Source: Octopus bimaculoides
Taxonomy: Eukaryota
Length of the DNA: 64,000 nucleotides
Direction of reading: 5' to 3'
NCBI RefSeq assembly: GCF_001194135.2
Contig: NC_068990.1
Location: forward strand, 20,704,656 to 20,768,655
Shown here in pieces: positions 11,500 to 24,354 of the stretch. A program made the translations under genes and the position numbers. Position 1 is the stretch's first letter; the number at the start of each line of letters is the position of its first letter. The notes beneath the pieces are model-generated. The model worked only from the letters and a program-made list of their open reading frames with translations. It ran no database searches and had not been told where the DNA came from.

Positions 11500-12185
11500 T
11501 AAATCATTTTAACAAGCATGTCTTAATTTTTTCTGGGATTCGTTTGTTTTTGTCGGTTATATTTTATTTTGCTTCAGTCATTAGATGACGGCCATACGGG
11601 AGCATCGTTTTGAAGTCAAATGTTTGTTTGGACGCTAGGACTTATTTTTTTAAAGCCTAGTACTTATTCTATCGTTTTTTTCCCCCTAACTTACGTCTGT
11701 CTTTCTATGTATGTATGCATGTATGCATGTATGCATGTATGCATGTATGTATGTATGGATGTATGTATATATGTATGTATGTTTGTATGTATGTATGTAT
11801 CTATCTATCTGTCTATCTGTCTCTCAGTCTGTCTCACTGTTAGTATGTCTGTCTGTGTGTTTGCGTGTGTGCATGCGTGTGTGTGTGTGTATGAATGTGT
11901 ATGAATATGTGAGTGTGTCTGTGTGTGTGCGTGTGTGTGTGCATGTGTGTGTAGGTAGTTAGTCAATGAAATCGTCTGCTGTGTTTCACTTTATTAACTG
12001 ACTGCCGAGACATTCGTAGCTGTTATTTCGATCTGGCTGTATCTCTTATGGAATAACAGTGGGTTCCCTACATTATTAATTACCTCAATACATACCCCTA
12101 AATTACAAGCATACATACATACATTTGTACCTATGCAATTACGTATCCATGTGTGCGTGTATACACAAACATACGCACACATATA

Positions 12186-12270
<85 letters not shown>

Positions 12271-13814
12271 AGATATATGTATATATATATATGTATATAC
12301 ACATATGCATATATACACATACACATATATATATACATATGTGTGTGTGTATATATATATATTTATAAAGAAATAAAAATGCACGCATATAAACACGTTC
12401 ATTGATGTGCATAGTCACACACTCATACTGAAACAGTCGCAGGAATGTATGAGTAAAGTAGCATGCACACAGACATCATTCGCTGTTTTTCACTTATATG
12501 ACACCTTAATAGTCACACAATATTCCCCGCTCTTTACCATTAATTGTTTTCTCTGTTGTTCATATATACAGATTAATGTACAGAGAGAGAAAAGGGGAGA
12601 AGATATTCGGGAGCGGGGTACGTATAGAAGGAATAGGGGAAGAAAAAAAATCTAATAACAACTATGTTGTATCACCATTGTAAAAGAGCCAATAAATGAA
12701 TAGCTTAGCAGAGAAGGGAGAGACAGCGAGCGAGGGAGAAAGAAAGACAGATATTGTTTAGGAGCAAAATGGTGTAATGATATTGTAAGCTGGGTACGAT
12801 TAGAGGACATGAGATGTGAAAGGAATAATAAAAAACGATGCAACTGTCATCTTTTGACAGTGATAATTTGCTGTATGAAATTCTAGTAGATTCTTTGTTC
12901 TCTCAACCATTTATTCTAATGCCACGTACCCTCGGCTTTTGTTTTTGTCCTTATGTATTGTTTTTGTATTCTTTTGCTTTTATTTATTTGTTTTTTTTTC
13001 TGTTTAGCTCCGTTCGTTTTTGTCGTTTTTCGTCTTTTTGGTTACATACATATAATTCTCCTTAGCTTTATTTTCTTATTTATTTTACACACACATACCA
13101 TATACATTTCAGTAAAGGCATATACATACACACATACATACACACACATATATGAAATTATATATATACACATACATACTGCATACATACGCACATATAT
13201 ATATATTTGTATGTATATATATGGGTGTGTGTGTGTGTACGTGTATATATATATATATTTATGTATCATATTCATATNNNNNNNNNNNNNNNNNNNNNNN
13301 NNNNNNNNNNNNNNNNNNNNNNNNNNNNNNNNNNNNNNNNNNNNNNNNNNNNNNNNNNNNNNNNNNNNNNNNNNNNNNNNNNNNNNNNNNNNNNNNNNNN
13401 NNNNNNNNNNNNNNNNNNNNNNNNNNNNNNNNNNNNNNNNNNNNNNNNNNNNNNNNNNNNNNNNNNNNNNNNNNNNNNNNNNNNNNNNNNNNNNNNNNNN
13501 NNNNNNNNNNNNNNNNNNNNNNNNNNNNNNNNNNNNNNNNNNNNNNNNNNNNNNNNNNNNNNNNNNNNNNNNNNNNNNNNNNNNNNNNNNNNNNNNNNNN
13601 NNNNNNNNNNNNNNNNNNNNNNNNNNNNNNNNNNNNNNNNNNNNNNNNNNNNNNNNNNNNNNNNNNNNNNNNNNNNNNNNNNNNNNNNNNNNNNNNNNNN
13701 NNNNNNNNNNNNNNNNNNNNNNNNNNNNNNNNNNNNNNNNNNNNNNNNNNNNNNNNNNNNNNNNNNNNNNNNNNNNNNNNNNNNNNNNNNNNNNNNNNNN
13801 NNNNNNNNNNNNNN

Positions 13815-13896
<82 letters not shown>

Positions 13897-14407
13897 CAGA
13901 GAGAGAAAGTCAGACAGACAGACAGAGAAAGAGAGAAAGGAACAGAGGTAGAAAGAAAGGAGGAAACTGAGAGATATGAGAGGAGGGGCTGATATACACA
14001 AACTCACTCTCATATACATGCGCACACGCACATTTCTATGTGCGTATTCGTGCATATGTATGTTTTTTTTTTATGTGTGTCTCGTTTAAATATTCTGGAG
14101 ACCACCCAGGAACATCTCTAGGACGTGTTCTACATGGATTTGCCGACAACAGACGATGTGCGATGGATATGTTTTAGCAATAAGCGATAACATGAAGTTA
14201 CCACATACAAGCATATATATATAAACACGCACACACATGCACACACACAAATANNNNNNNNNNTATGTATACAAACACAGATATGTATATATATCTATAA
14301 ACACACATGTATATATTTATATGCAGAGAGAGGGGTATGAGAATGATACTTGTACACAAATATACATAAAACATATATACGCTCACACATATCTGTATGT
14401 ATGAGCG

Positions 14408-14442
<35 letters not shown>

Positions 14443-14447
14443 ATGTT

Positions 14448-14495
<48 letters not shown>

Positions 14496-15313
14496 CAAAG
14501 TTGTATTTAGGTATGGAGTCCTCTGTCAATATTCCTGTCACATATCAGACTGCGACCCGTCCGCTTTTCTTTTTCAAATTCTCTTTTCATGAATGTAAGA
14601 AAGGTAAGATCAGATTCGGTGTTAAACCTTCTGAAATACTTAGCCTTTTGCATTGCTTCGTTGCGATCCTCTCTCCTGAATTGCTGATTTACGTTAGTGT
14701 CCTATTATTTCTGCCAAAAGACCTAATCCACTCAAAGGGCTTTGTTTGGCAACGGGCTACAGTAGACGGCACTTGGTCATGATGCCATGCCCGTTGTAAC
14801 TAATTTGATATTCTTAAATAAAGGAGAATTTCTTAAAATCTAACATCTACCTTTGTTCCTCTGGCACATTATATCTTAAAATTACGTCCGGAATTTCAGA
14901 TAATTCTTGGTTATGTTTCTGTTTAGTTTTACTACAGATAGAGAGGTGATCTAAATAGCCGTGCATGACTAATAGACAATCGTATTGATTTTTCTTGAAT
15001 AGAATTGTCTATAATTTGTTGGAAACACACGACACCTTTCGTAGAATCGAAACTAAGATATTTAAACGGCCATGAAATCAGTTAAAACTTTTGTGATTAG
15101 AATACAAAGCTTCTGAGTCGAATACGTTGAGTTAATAGAACTAAATACTTCGTCCGAAAATATTGTATTAAGTCGTTTAATTTGTGCAATAGTCAAGGGT
15201 TTATATAGGTGAAATTATTTATAATTAATGTGCCTTGAAGAAGTAATTAGCACTTGTCTTTTGTTACAATCGTTTACGGCGTATAACTTATTACGCCGAA
15301 GCAAGATACTTAC

Positions 15314-15432
15314 CTTGATAATCTCTTCGTTGAGAACTGTATTTATTGAAGTTAATCTCGCTATCAGGTGATACAATGTAACGCGATTTCAAAGCTACGT
15401 GTTTAAAATCTGGTCTCAGATACGAAATGATT
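15314..15432 (-). other. Isolated candidate exon, unassigned
   Basis: ataattctttcag acceptor, caag|gtaagt donor, one open frame (IISYLRPDFKHVALKSRYIVSPDSEINFNKYSSQRRDYQ). No compatible partner exon or recognisable homology. Confidence 0.2.
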
Positions 15433-15675
15433 CTGAAAGAATTATATTTTAGCAAGGCCGAAGTAGAAGTGGTTGAAGGTGAAGATGTCGGATCCCGCTT
15501 GTGCAGAATAAAAGATTACCAATAATATAATTGCATAGCAATGATGTACTTCTACGAAACACATGTGACTGCAAATGCATTATTTTACTTACAATCCAAT
15601 AAATAAAAGAATTTATTAGTTAGTGAAACACCGAACTAAATACGCTCATAATTAAAATAAAGTCTCGTGTCTGAA

Positions 15676-16238
15676 GTAACAGATGTTGAACTCAGTGTGC
15701 AACAATTAATAGAGTATATTGATTTGCTATAAGGACGGATCGATCAAAGGTTTCACGTACTTGTCCATGGTCTGACCCTGAAGTAGGAAATTATTCTGTG
15801 GCTCCGCCCTAATGTGTTTTCTCTGTGATAATTGTAACCCACGTCTCCAACCATTTGCACTTTGGCCACGTTAAAGTTTAATCCGTTCAGAGTCATTTCT
15901 AATCCTAGTTTACAATAAAGGCTTTCAAACTCTCTTAGTGGATCGACAGATGTCTGAAAATTATCACATTTTCTTAAAATATAAATAAATCATATCGTAT
16001 GCTGGATATTGTATGGAATCCTTTGGATAATATTTCACACAGAGCTAATACATTATACTCGATAAGTTACAACTGTCACAGAGAAAACACACTTGGGTGG
16101 GGCGATAGAATATATTTCTACATCAAGGTCAGACTATGAACAAACGCTGGAAACCTGTGACCGTTCCGTCCTTATAGCAAATCAATATAGTAAAATTCGA
16201 TCTGTATTAATTGTGCACCTGAGTTCAACATTAGTTAC
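15676..16238. mobile_element. Foldback/MITE-like element with ~165-bp diverged inverted arms
   Basis: 15676-15838 is the reverse complement of 16066-16238 (shared cacagagaaaacaca, ccgtccttatagcaaatcaatata, ctgagttcaacat). Confidence 0.7.
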
Positions 16239-17519
16239 CTTGGATTCTTGAATTTACGGTATTTCAGCAACATTTGGCCCATTGTGTTACCAACGAATAA
16301 TTTCTTTTATTAGTTGAAGTCATTTGATTGCGGCAATGCTGGGGCACCGCCTTGTAGGATTTAGTCGGGAAAATCGCTTTCAGTACCTGTTTCTTTAAAG
16401 CCTGGTACATATCCTACCCTTTTTTTTTGCCGAACAGTTAAGTTACGAGGACGTAAACAAACCAACACCATAAGACATATAAGACATGCTGGGGCGCAAA
16501 GATACACACACACACACACACACACACATGCCTACAATGAGTTATGCGGGCAGTCGGCAATCGGCTAATTTGACATGTGTTCATATTCTGAATAACGAAC
16601 CAAAGCCCTGATAAACGGCTCGGCACATTTTCAAGTCTAATTATATCATCAGTACATTGAAACACATACTGAGAAAATGTAAATCTAGCTTAAAATTTTG
16701 TTTTCGCAAGGACTGATTTTTATGTCTTAAACGGTCGGCTATCACATCACCTACCGATCCATCAAACTATATTTGTTTATTCTTTCAGGGCACAAGCACA
16801 ATATTTCCAAGAACTTTTTTTCTTTTACGTTCAATGTTCTATTATCCCTATCATTAGTTGAAATTGGTCAATGTATGTTTCACCAATAAAATCTGTTTTC
16901 TTTACTCCATTTGCTCTCCCTTTTTTTACTGTCACCTATTTTCTAACATTTTATATATTTTTAAAACTATTTAAGATATATCACCTTCCCTAAATTCGTT
17001 GTTATTATTATTATTATTTTTGTTGAGTTCTCTATGTGTCTATTCGCATAGTTTGTTTTCGTTAAGCCTCTTGCTCATGTTAAAGCGTTTTATTTTGTTA
17101 CTTCTAGACTTACGTTTCAAATATTTTCACCAGATGTTTATTATTTTTGCTCGGATTTATCGACTTCATTATTTAGTAAGTCATCCCTCTCAAAGTAGCC
17201 CTATAAATTATTATGTTGGTGATAGTTTCTCAGTCATTAGTTCCTTAGAACGTTGAAAAACGTATAGACTCCTATGTTTAAACTATTTGTTTTTCACGCA
17301 CTCAATTTCTATGAGGACTTCATTACTTAGCCATCAATTGGATTTATCAAAAAACAAAATGGTTAGATTATTTTAGCAGAATGGAAATCCCGAGGAAAAA
17401 TATTGCTTTACAATTCTTCATGAACAAGTTGCCATATAAATATCAAGGTACTGACCAAACTATCCGATGTCGTTATACATCGCTGGTCACAATGTACATC
17501 ACATTGTTTCGGCCTTTGA

Positions 17520-17700
17520 ACGATGTCCTCCTGATCAAAAATAAATTCCGTCGCTGTGTTAATTATTTACAGCTACGTGCACTGGGTCAACGGGAAATGA
17601 AGTGTTTTGCAAAAGAACACAACACGCCACCCAGTCCTGGAATCGAACAGACGATCTAGCAATCGACAGTGTAACAAGCAAACCACTAGGCCAAGCGTCT
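17520..17700 (-). mobile_element. tRNA-headed SINE (family B), partial
   Basis: Reverse strand has tggcctagtgg (A-box-like), gttcgattcc (B-box-like) and tgtgttcttttgcaaaacact. Confidence 0.6.
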
Positions 17701-17839
17701 TCACGCCTTATAAATATACATATTCGTAAGTACATAATAAAGAGAGAGTTGTCGAAGTTCACAAAGTGTTTTGAGAGTCTGGCAGCTGAACCAAATCACT
17801 GTGGCAATTGACACGGTTCTTAAATTAGACACCGTGATA

Positions 17840-18035
17840 TATATCGCCATGATCGACCGCTAGCCACTAAAGCATTTTTTTATTCTCTTTTTTTTTTTCT
17901 CGTGTTCCTTTCTGTTGAAGAACGTAGGCTCGAAACGTAAAAGACTTTCTCAACTTCCCGAGCGTTAAACAAATACACTTTTTATTTGTTGTTTACACAC
18001 CTGTCTTCGGCTTTTGCTTTTTGTAAATTCCAACT
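17840..18035 (+). mobile_element. Hammerhead-like-motif repeat copy
   Basis: cttt-CTGTTGA-A-gaacgtaggctc-GAAAC-GTA-aaag plus shared flanks. Confidence 0.7.
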
Positions 18036-18384
18036 NNNNNNNNNNNNNNNNNNNNNNNNNNNNNNNNNNNNNNNNNNNNNNNNNNNNNNNNNNNNNNNNN
18101 NNNNNNNNNNNNNNNNNNNNNNNNNNNNNNNNNNNNNNNNNNNNNNNNNNNNNNNNNNNNNNNNNNNNNNNNNNNNNNNNNNTGTGTGTGTGTGTGTGTG
18201 TTTATTAATTCGTTTCGAATATTATAAGTTACATATTTGATTATATTTGTCTTGGACAACAGGATTACTCCCCAATATTTATCAACTGCATGGCTAACTG
18301 AGGTAGTTACATAAGTGGTACTCTAATGTATATGTGTTTCGTATGCAGAGCACTCATCTCAGATATTTTATCTTCAGTTGCAAT

Positions 18385-18720
18385 GCTTTTCACTTGGCTC
18401 AGTAATTAAAGCGTCGGTCTCACAACCATGAAGTAGTGAGTGCGATTTCCCGATCGGGTTGTATTGTGTTCTTGAGGAAGACACTTTATTTCACCTTGCT
18501 CCAGTTCACTCAGCTGTAGAGATGATTTGCGACGTCACTGATGCGAAGCTGTATCGGCCTTTACCTTTACCTTGGATAACATCGGCTGCATGGGGAGAGG
18601 GGGGTTGTATGTATTGGCGACCGCTGGTCTTGCTTAAAAAACAAGCATGCCCAGATTTGTGCCTCAGAGGATAAGTGTGTAGGCGCAATCACATGGTCAT
18701 TCATGACAGAAGGGGGTCTA
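18385..18720 (+). mobile_element. tRNA-headed SINE (family B)
   Basis: ttggctcagtaatt head and tgtgttcttgaggaagacactttatttcaccttgctccagttcactcagctg core; collinear with 25304-25620. Confidence 0.7.
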
Positions 18721-19004
18721 TACCCTTACCCTTTATTCTTAAGAGACACAAATACAATGCAACATTTCATTTGAAACAAAGTTATAGCAATGATTTCTTA
18801 TTATTTACACGTAAATTTATAAACGAAATGCATGCACATATATGTGTATATGTGTATGTATCTGGAAACAAAGTCAAGGAAACTAAGATCCTCGTCCTCC
18901 CTCATTGCAGAAAGCTCATTAAATACAACTAGTTTAGAACAAAATAAAAGAAAATATGTCAAAGTCTGCAAGGCAGTAACTAAGTCTAGAGCAGATGAAA
19001 CTCT

Positions 19005-19365
19005 CCAATTCAATAGAAGAAACCTGTCCAAGTGTTTACACTTGCTAAAAATTTCAGATCTCGAATTAAGTGTTGGAATTGCTGGATCTATGAAAAATAT
19101 GAGATTTTTCTGCAACGCATAAGTTGTATTTCTTAGATCCATTATAATATGACTTGGAGTTCTTCACTATTATCCACTTAATTGTATATGGCGTGGAACT
19201 GCTCTTCAAATTCCATGCATGAATAGTCAATTTCCTTTTATCGATGTACCGGTAAGAAGATAAGCAGTTGGCATAACTTCTCTTGATTTCGCCCTCACGT
19301 AACTCAATGCTATTATTCTTTTGAATTGATTTGTCTTGGAGCGTAGCTGTAACTTCAGCCTCCTC
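19005..19365 (-). pseudogene. Penelope-like element GIY-YIG endonuclease remnant
   Basis: Frameshifted translation EGEIKRSYANCLSSYRY...HAWNLK...YTIKWIIVKNSKSYYNGSKKYNLCVAEK...RSEIFSKCKH matches the C-terminal pattern of PLE endonucleases. Confidence 0.75.
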
Positions 19366-19592
19366 TATGAGTTTATCATACACGCCTGGACAAGTAAGCA
19401 AGCTTCAGAGTGTCCACAGTCACAACCGGAAGTGGTCTCTTGGTGACTTTTGCGAGTTATAATGTTCTTCATTTTGGAAAAGCAGCACTGTGAAACTTTT
19501 ACGGAGCGTCTGTAAAAAATGTCCCTGTAATTTTTTTCTTCTTCTAGTTTCAGCTCAGAGCTGCGGCCATGCTGATGCACTGCCGTTTCTTT

Positions 19593-19726
19593 TTCCGATC
19601 GCAGGGCCTCGACAAAGTCCCGCGTCGTTATTTTTCGTCAATACCTCCTCGTGCCGGGAGTGGGTAATTTGCGTGCCTCCTGCCTTCTTTGGATGTGGTA
19701 GCCGCTTCGCATGCTCCCTCTCCGAA
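19593..19726 (-). pseudogene. 18S rRNA fragment (134 bp, diverged)
   Basis: Reverse strand reads ttcggagagggagcatgcgaagcggctaccacatccaaagaaggcaggaggcacgcaaattacccactcccggcacgaggaggtattgacgaaaaataac..., collinear with the conserved eukaryotic 18S segment. Confidence 0.92.
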
Positions 19727-20576
19727 TTTATTGGAAAATGATGAGTATCTCTCCATTGGAACTGTATACCGGCATAAAGTTCCTTTTATTACCATTTCGA
19801 AAGTCAATTAAAACATATTTCATTTAAAAATTGTTTTATGCATATTTCCACTGCATTAACATCTCGCAATTGTAGTCGCATCTAGTCACTGTCAAATAGT
19901 GATTAGGTTATGCATCTTTATTCAAGGTGTACCCATTAAAATGGTTAGAAGCGAACTGCGGATTATAACTAAGTACTTGAATGTTTGAATGTTACCCGCC
20001 TGGACATTAAATTCCTCTCTAGTCACTATATATATATATATATATATACGTGTGCGTGTGTGTGTATTAATATGTGATCGCATTTACACATACAACGGTA
20101 CACACGCCTTCCTTTTGGCATCAAAAGTATTTGCGAATTAAGTTTCGCAGGTTATTTTGAAACTTTATAAACTTCCAATCCCTTTTATGATTAATGTAGT
20201 TTATGTCTCTTAAAGAATGGATTTTAACAGAGAGTCTGATCATTTTTAAGCATCGACATCAAGCAGCTAATTAAGTACGCTTCTATTGGCAACTAACAAA
20301 GAAACAAAGTACAAAGAGATGTAAAGAAAAAAAAACTGGACAAATGCTACCTATATCATTGTCTGTTATCATTTAAAATATTTGGCGTCGAAGATAATTA
20401 ATGTCATTGAAAGTAATAAATTGTATTTAGGCAAGCAGAAATATGAAAGACCGTTTTTATAAGCTTTTTATAAGAAACTATTGATTATCATACATTTGTA
20501 GTTGATCTCCGTAAAAAAGAAACGAAGTTTGGTGTTATTATAATACATAATGATTATACTTTTAGTTTAGCTGAAC

Positions 20577-20577
<1 letters not shown>

Positions 20578-20655
<78 letters not shown>
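20578..20655. repeat. (ATCT)n microsatellite
   Basis: Direct reading. Confidence 0.95.
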
Positions 20656-20769
20656 GATGTACGTGTATAAATAATATATTTTTATGAATATATTTTAACG
20701 TCGATACCCGCTAACAATTATACTGTCCTATGTACCTTCATTAGGATGTGCAGTGTGCAAGTGCATAAT

Positions 20770-20803
<34 letters not shown>

Positions 20804-21548
20804 TGTCATTATTCAGTTTTGTTTCAAGATTTCCTGCTTATAAAGAAATAACCGGNNNNNNNNNNNNNNNNNNNNNNNNNNNNNNNNNNNNNNNNNNNNN
20901 NNNNNNNNNNNNNNNNNNNNNNNNNNNNNNNNNNNNNNNNNNNNNNNNNNNNNNNNNNNNNNNNNNNNNNNNNNNNNNNNNNNNNNNNNNNNNNNNNNNN
21001 NNNNNNNNNNNNNNNNNNNNNNNNNNNNNNNNNNNNNNNNNNNNNNNNNNNNNNNNNNNNNNNNNNNNNNNNNNNNNNNNNNNNNNNNNNNNNNNNNNNN
21101 NNNNNNNNNNNNNNNNNNNNNNNNNNNNNNNNNNNNNNNNNNNNNNNNNNNNNNNNNNNNNNNNNNNNNNNNNNNNNNNNNNNNNNNNNNNNNNNNNNNN
21201 NNNNNNNNNNNNNNNNNNNNNNNNNNNNNNNNNNNNNNNNNNNNNNNNNNNNNNNNNNNNNNNNNNNNNNNNNNNNNNNNNNNNNNNNNNNNNNNNNNNN
21301 NNNNNNNNNNNNNNNNNNNNNNNNNNNNNNNNNNNNNNNNNNNNNNNNNNNNNNNNNNNNNNNNNNNNNNNNNNNNNNNNNNNNNNNNNNNNNNNNNNNN
21401 NNNNNNNNNNNNNNNNNNNNNNNNNNNNNNNNNNNNNNNNNNNNNNNNNNNNNNNNNNNNNNNNNNNNNNNNNNNNNNNNNNNNNNNNNNNNNNNNNNNN
21501 NNNNNNNNNNNNNNNNNNNNNNNNNNNNNNNNNNNNNNNNNNNNNNNN

Positions 21549-21585
<37 letters not shown>

Positions 21586-22537
21586 GTGAGCTGACAGAAT
21601 CTCAATGTACTGTGTTGAAATTCCTCCGAGGTTGACTGCGTTTCCTTCATTCGGAGTCGATAAAATAAGTACCAGTTGAGTACAGGGGTCGATTACATCA
21701 ACCAGCCTCCTTCCACAGACTCGCTAGATGCATTTTATGCTTTCAAACTATTAGCATTATCTTGTTACTGAACAATTTGGGGATCAAACTATTATTGAAA
21801 ATATGAGGTCATGAAGTTTTTTAAAAACCTTTTAAACTTTCCTTTGTTTAGAAAAAAATTGCCTGTTTTCTGGTTACGTTTTACAAAGTTGATTACGTAA
21901 AGGTATTCTTTAAAATTTTCTTTTCTTATAGTGATAAAAGAAAAAATAAACTCTATCCAAAGTTTGCGGACCATGTAGATTACATAATATTTAATTAAAA
22001 TAGCAAAAGGAAGAAAGACCAAGAACAAAAGATGTATTATTGTTTTGATGGATATTCACAATTCCTCCATTGGCAAAGAATAGCGTGTCAGTACGTTTCT
22101 GTCGTGTATGTATGCATTGTATTCTTTTCTTTTTCCTTTCATTAATATTATCCGAACCTGCTGGCGATTTCTGGAGCAGAACACCACTGGTTGTGCAAAA
22201 GGCGGAATTAGAAAAAAAAAAGGATGAACATTTTTTTAAAAGTTGTGATAATACAGCACACACACCTGGGAAAATGTAATAAAATGTATTCGAAAAACCC
22301 CAAAAAAAAAGAACAACAACAAGAAATGTATAAAATATAATGTAGATGCTAGCATTGCCAACACGGATTTCGATTACATGTTAAGTACCCTCTATGGAAT
22401 TGAATCATTAGCTCTTTAATCCTCTTCTTTAGGGAACTGCCACAGGCAAAAAACCTCTTGCGTAGAGCGAGCGAGCAAGCAAAAGAGAAAGAAGAAAAAC
22501 GAAAGAAGGAAAGATAGAGCGAAAGAGAGATGGAAAG

Positions 22538-22618
<81 letters not shown>

Positions 22619-22780
22619 NNNNNNNNNNNNNNNNNNNNNNNNNNNNNNNNNNNNNNNNNNNNNNNNNNNNNNNNNNNNNNNNNNNNNNNNNNNNNNNNNN
22701 NNNNNNNNNNNNNNNNNNNNNNNNNNNNNNNNNNNNNNNNNNNNNNNNNNNNNNNNNNNNNNNNNNNNNNNNNNNNNNNN

Positions 22781-22818
<38 letters not shown>

Positions 22819-23202
22819 CCTTTTCTCAGCAGAGGCACATATATTTCAGAGTTTAGCTTTAGGTTAGGGCATGAATCAACATTTGATTTCGTTGAGAGAA
22901 TATCCTCAACCGATTCAGCACCCTAAAGTTATCTTCCCGAAGTGTCTTTAGCACTTTTTATTTACCTCGTGACTAGTGATGGGAACACATACAATACTGC
23001 AAAATAAAATTTGGTATATCCAAGAATGTAAAAAATAAACAACGACAAAAAAATCTAGGGATTTTATGTAAGAAAAAGCAGTGGCTTCCTTCATTTTGTT
23101 TTCCTTACATTGTAGTTAAGAAAAGGGTAAGTATATTTATAGACTATGTTAATTGAATACAACTGTACGAAAGACTAGTAGGGTTGATATTTCACATTTC
23201 GA

Positions 23203-23420
23203 AGGCGGTGAGCTGGCAGAATCATTACCACATCGGACGAAACGCTTAGCGGTATTTCGTCTGTCTTTACGTTCTGAGTTTAAATTTCATCGAGGTCGAC
23301 TTTGCCCTTTATCCTTTCGGGGTCGATAAATTAAGTACTACTTGCGTACTGGGGTCGATGTAATCGACTTGTCACCCTCTACAAAAAGAAATATTTCGGG
23401 CCTTGTGCCTAAAGTAGAAA
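23203..23420 (+). mobile_element. SINE family A, near full length
   Basis: ggcggtgagctggcagaatc head, gttctgagtttaaatt B-box-like, ggggtcgataaattaagtac core. Confidence 0.8.
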
Positions 23421-23657
23421 AGAAAATTTAGAACGTTAGAGAAGATGATTAGCGTCATTTCACCCATCTTTTACGTTCTGTAACACTCAAAACGTAAAGA
23501 CAGAAGAAACACCGTCTAGATAGATTCTGCCTTTCATTCTCTGACTAACATCAGGCTTGAAACTCAAGATTACGAACTTAAATCAAACTGTTTTGATCCA
23601 TACATGTAACTCCAAATAAATTGGTTGAGCACCCTTCTTTCGTTTGTCCACACAATC

Positions 23658-23689
<32 letters not shown>

Positions 23690-23691
<2 letters not shown>

Positions 23692-24327
23692 ATCTTTTTT
23701 AATACGGGGGCCACATTTTTCATTAACGAAACACTTTGAAACTTGGAACACTGGTAGAATGTGTCATATAAAACATCTTTTTCTCTTAGTCTTCTTAAAA
23801 AAAAAAAGAAATCCCTAAGTTATTCCATGTTAAAGTTGTCGTATTTCTGTAATTTCAACCAATCACTGACGTCCATTCAGCCGATATACATTAAGTGCCG
23901 ACTACATAAACAAACGATTCTGAAACAATTCTATCGGTGATAGGGTTAGGGTTAGGGTTAGGGTAAAACACCNNNNNNNNNNNNNNNNNNNNNNNNNNNN
24001 NNNNNNNNNNNNNNNNNNNNNNNNNNNNNNNNNNNNNNNNNNNNNNNNNNNNNNNNNNNNNNNNNNNNNNNNNNNNNNNNNNNNNNNNNNNNNNNNNNNN
24101 NNNNNNNNNNNNNNNNNNNNNNNNNNNNNNNNNNNNNNNNNNNNNNNNNNNNNNNNNNNNNNATCGAAATAAGACAATTTTTTACATGAAATAAATTCGA
24201 ATACAAAAATATTTTTCTGTTCTATAACACAAAATAGATAAGTATACGAAGTTTGAAAGTCTTTCCGTACCAAAAACACTACGTAAAACATTAATGAAAA
24301 ATGTGGCCCCCGTTTTAAAAAAGATCC
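23690..24327. mobile_element. Non-autonomous TIR DNA element inserted in (TA)n, with internal (TTAGGG)n
   Basis: ~38-bp TIR ggatcttttttaa(t/a)acgggggccacatttttcattaa at both ends; (TA)n flanks; tagggttagggttagggttagggt at 23941-23964; internal N gap. Confidence 0.85.
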
Positions 24328-24354
24328 ATATATATATATATATATATATGGGAG

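Noticed and set aside
12953-14055. Long ORFs of 260-340 aa, and similar ones at 20.7, 30.2, 31.4, 34.6, 56.8 and 58.5 kb
   Set aside because: They run through N gaps and (TA)n/(CA)n repeats, so they are artefacts of translating unknown bases.
15767-15954. Open minus-strand frame with acceptor and donor-like sites across the foldback spacer
   Set aside because: It runs into a repeat arm, and its end phase (1) is incompatible with the candidate exon at 15314-15432 (start phase 2).
19593-19726. Functional rRNA gene
   Set aside because: Only 134 bp with substitutions at conserved sites and no flanking rDNA; called a pseudogene fragment.
22070-22279. 69-aa ORF with a hydrophobic N-terminal stretch
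   Set aside because: The hydrophobicity derives from a T-rich tract; no promoter, splice or homology support.
23941-23964. True telomere
   Set aside because: Only four units, located between the TIRs of a transposon.
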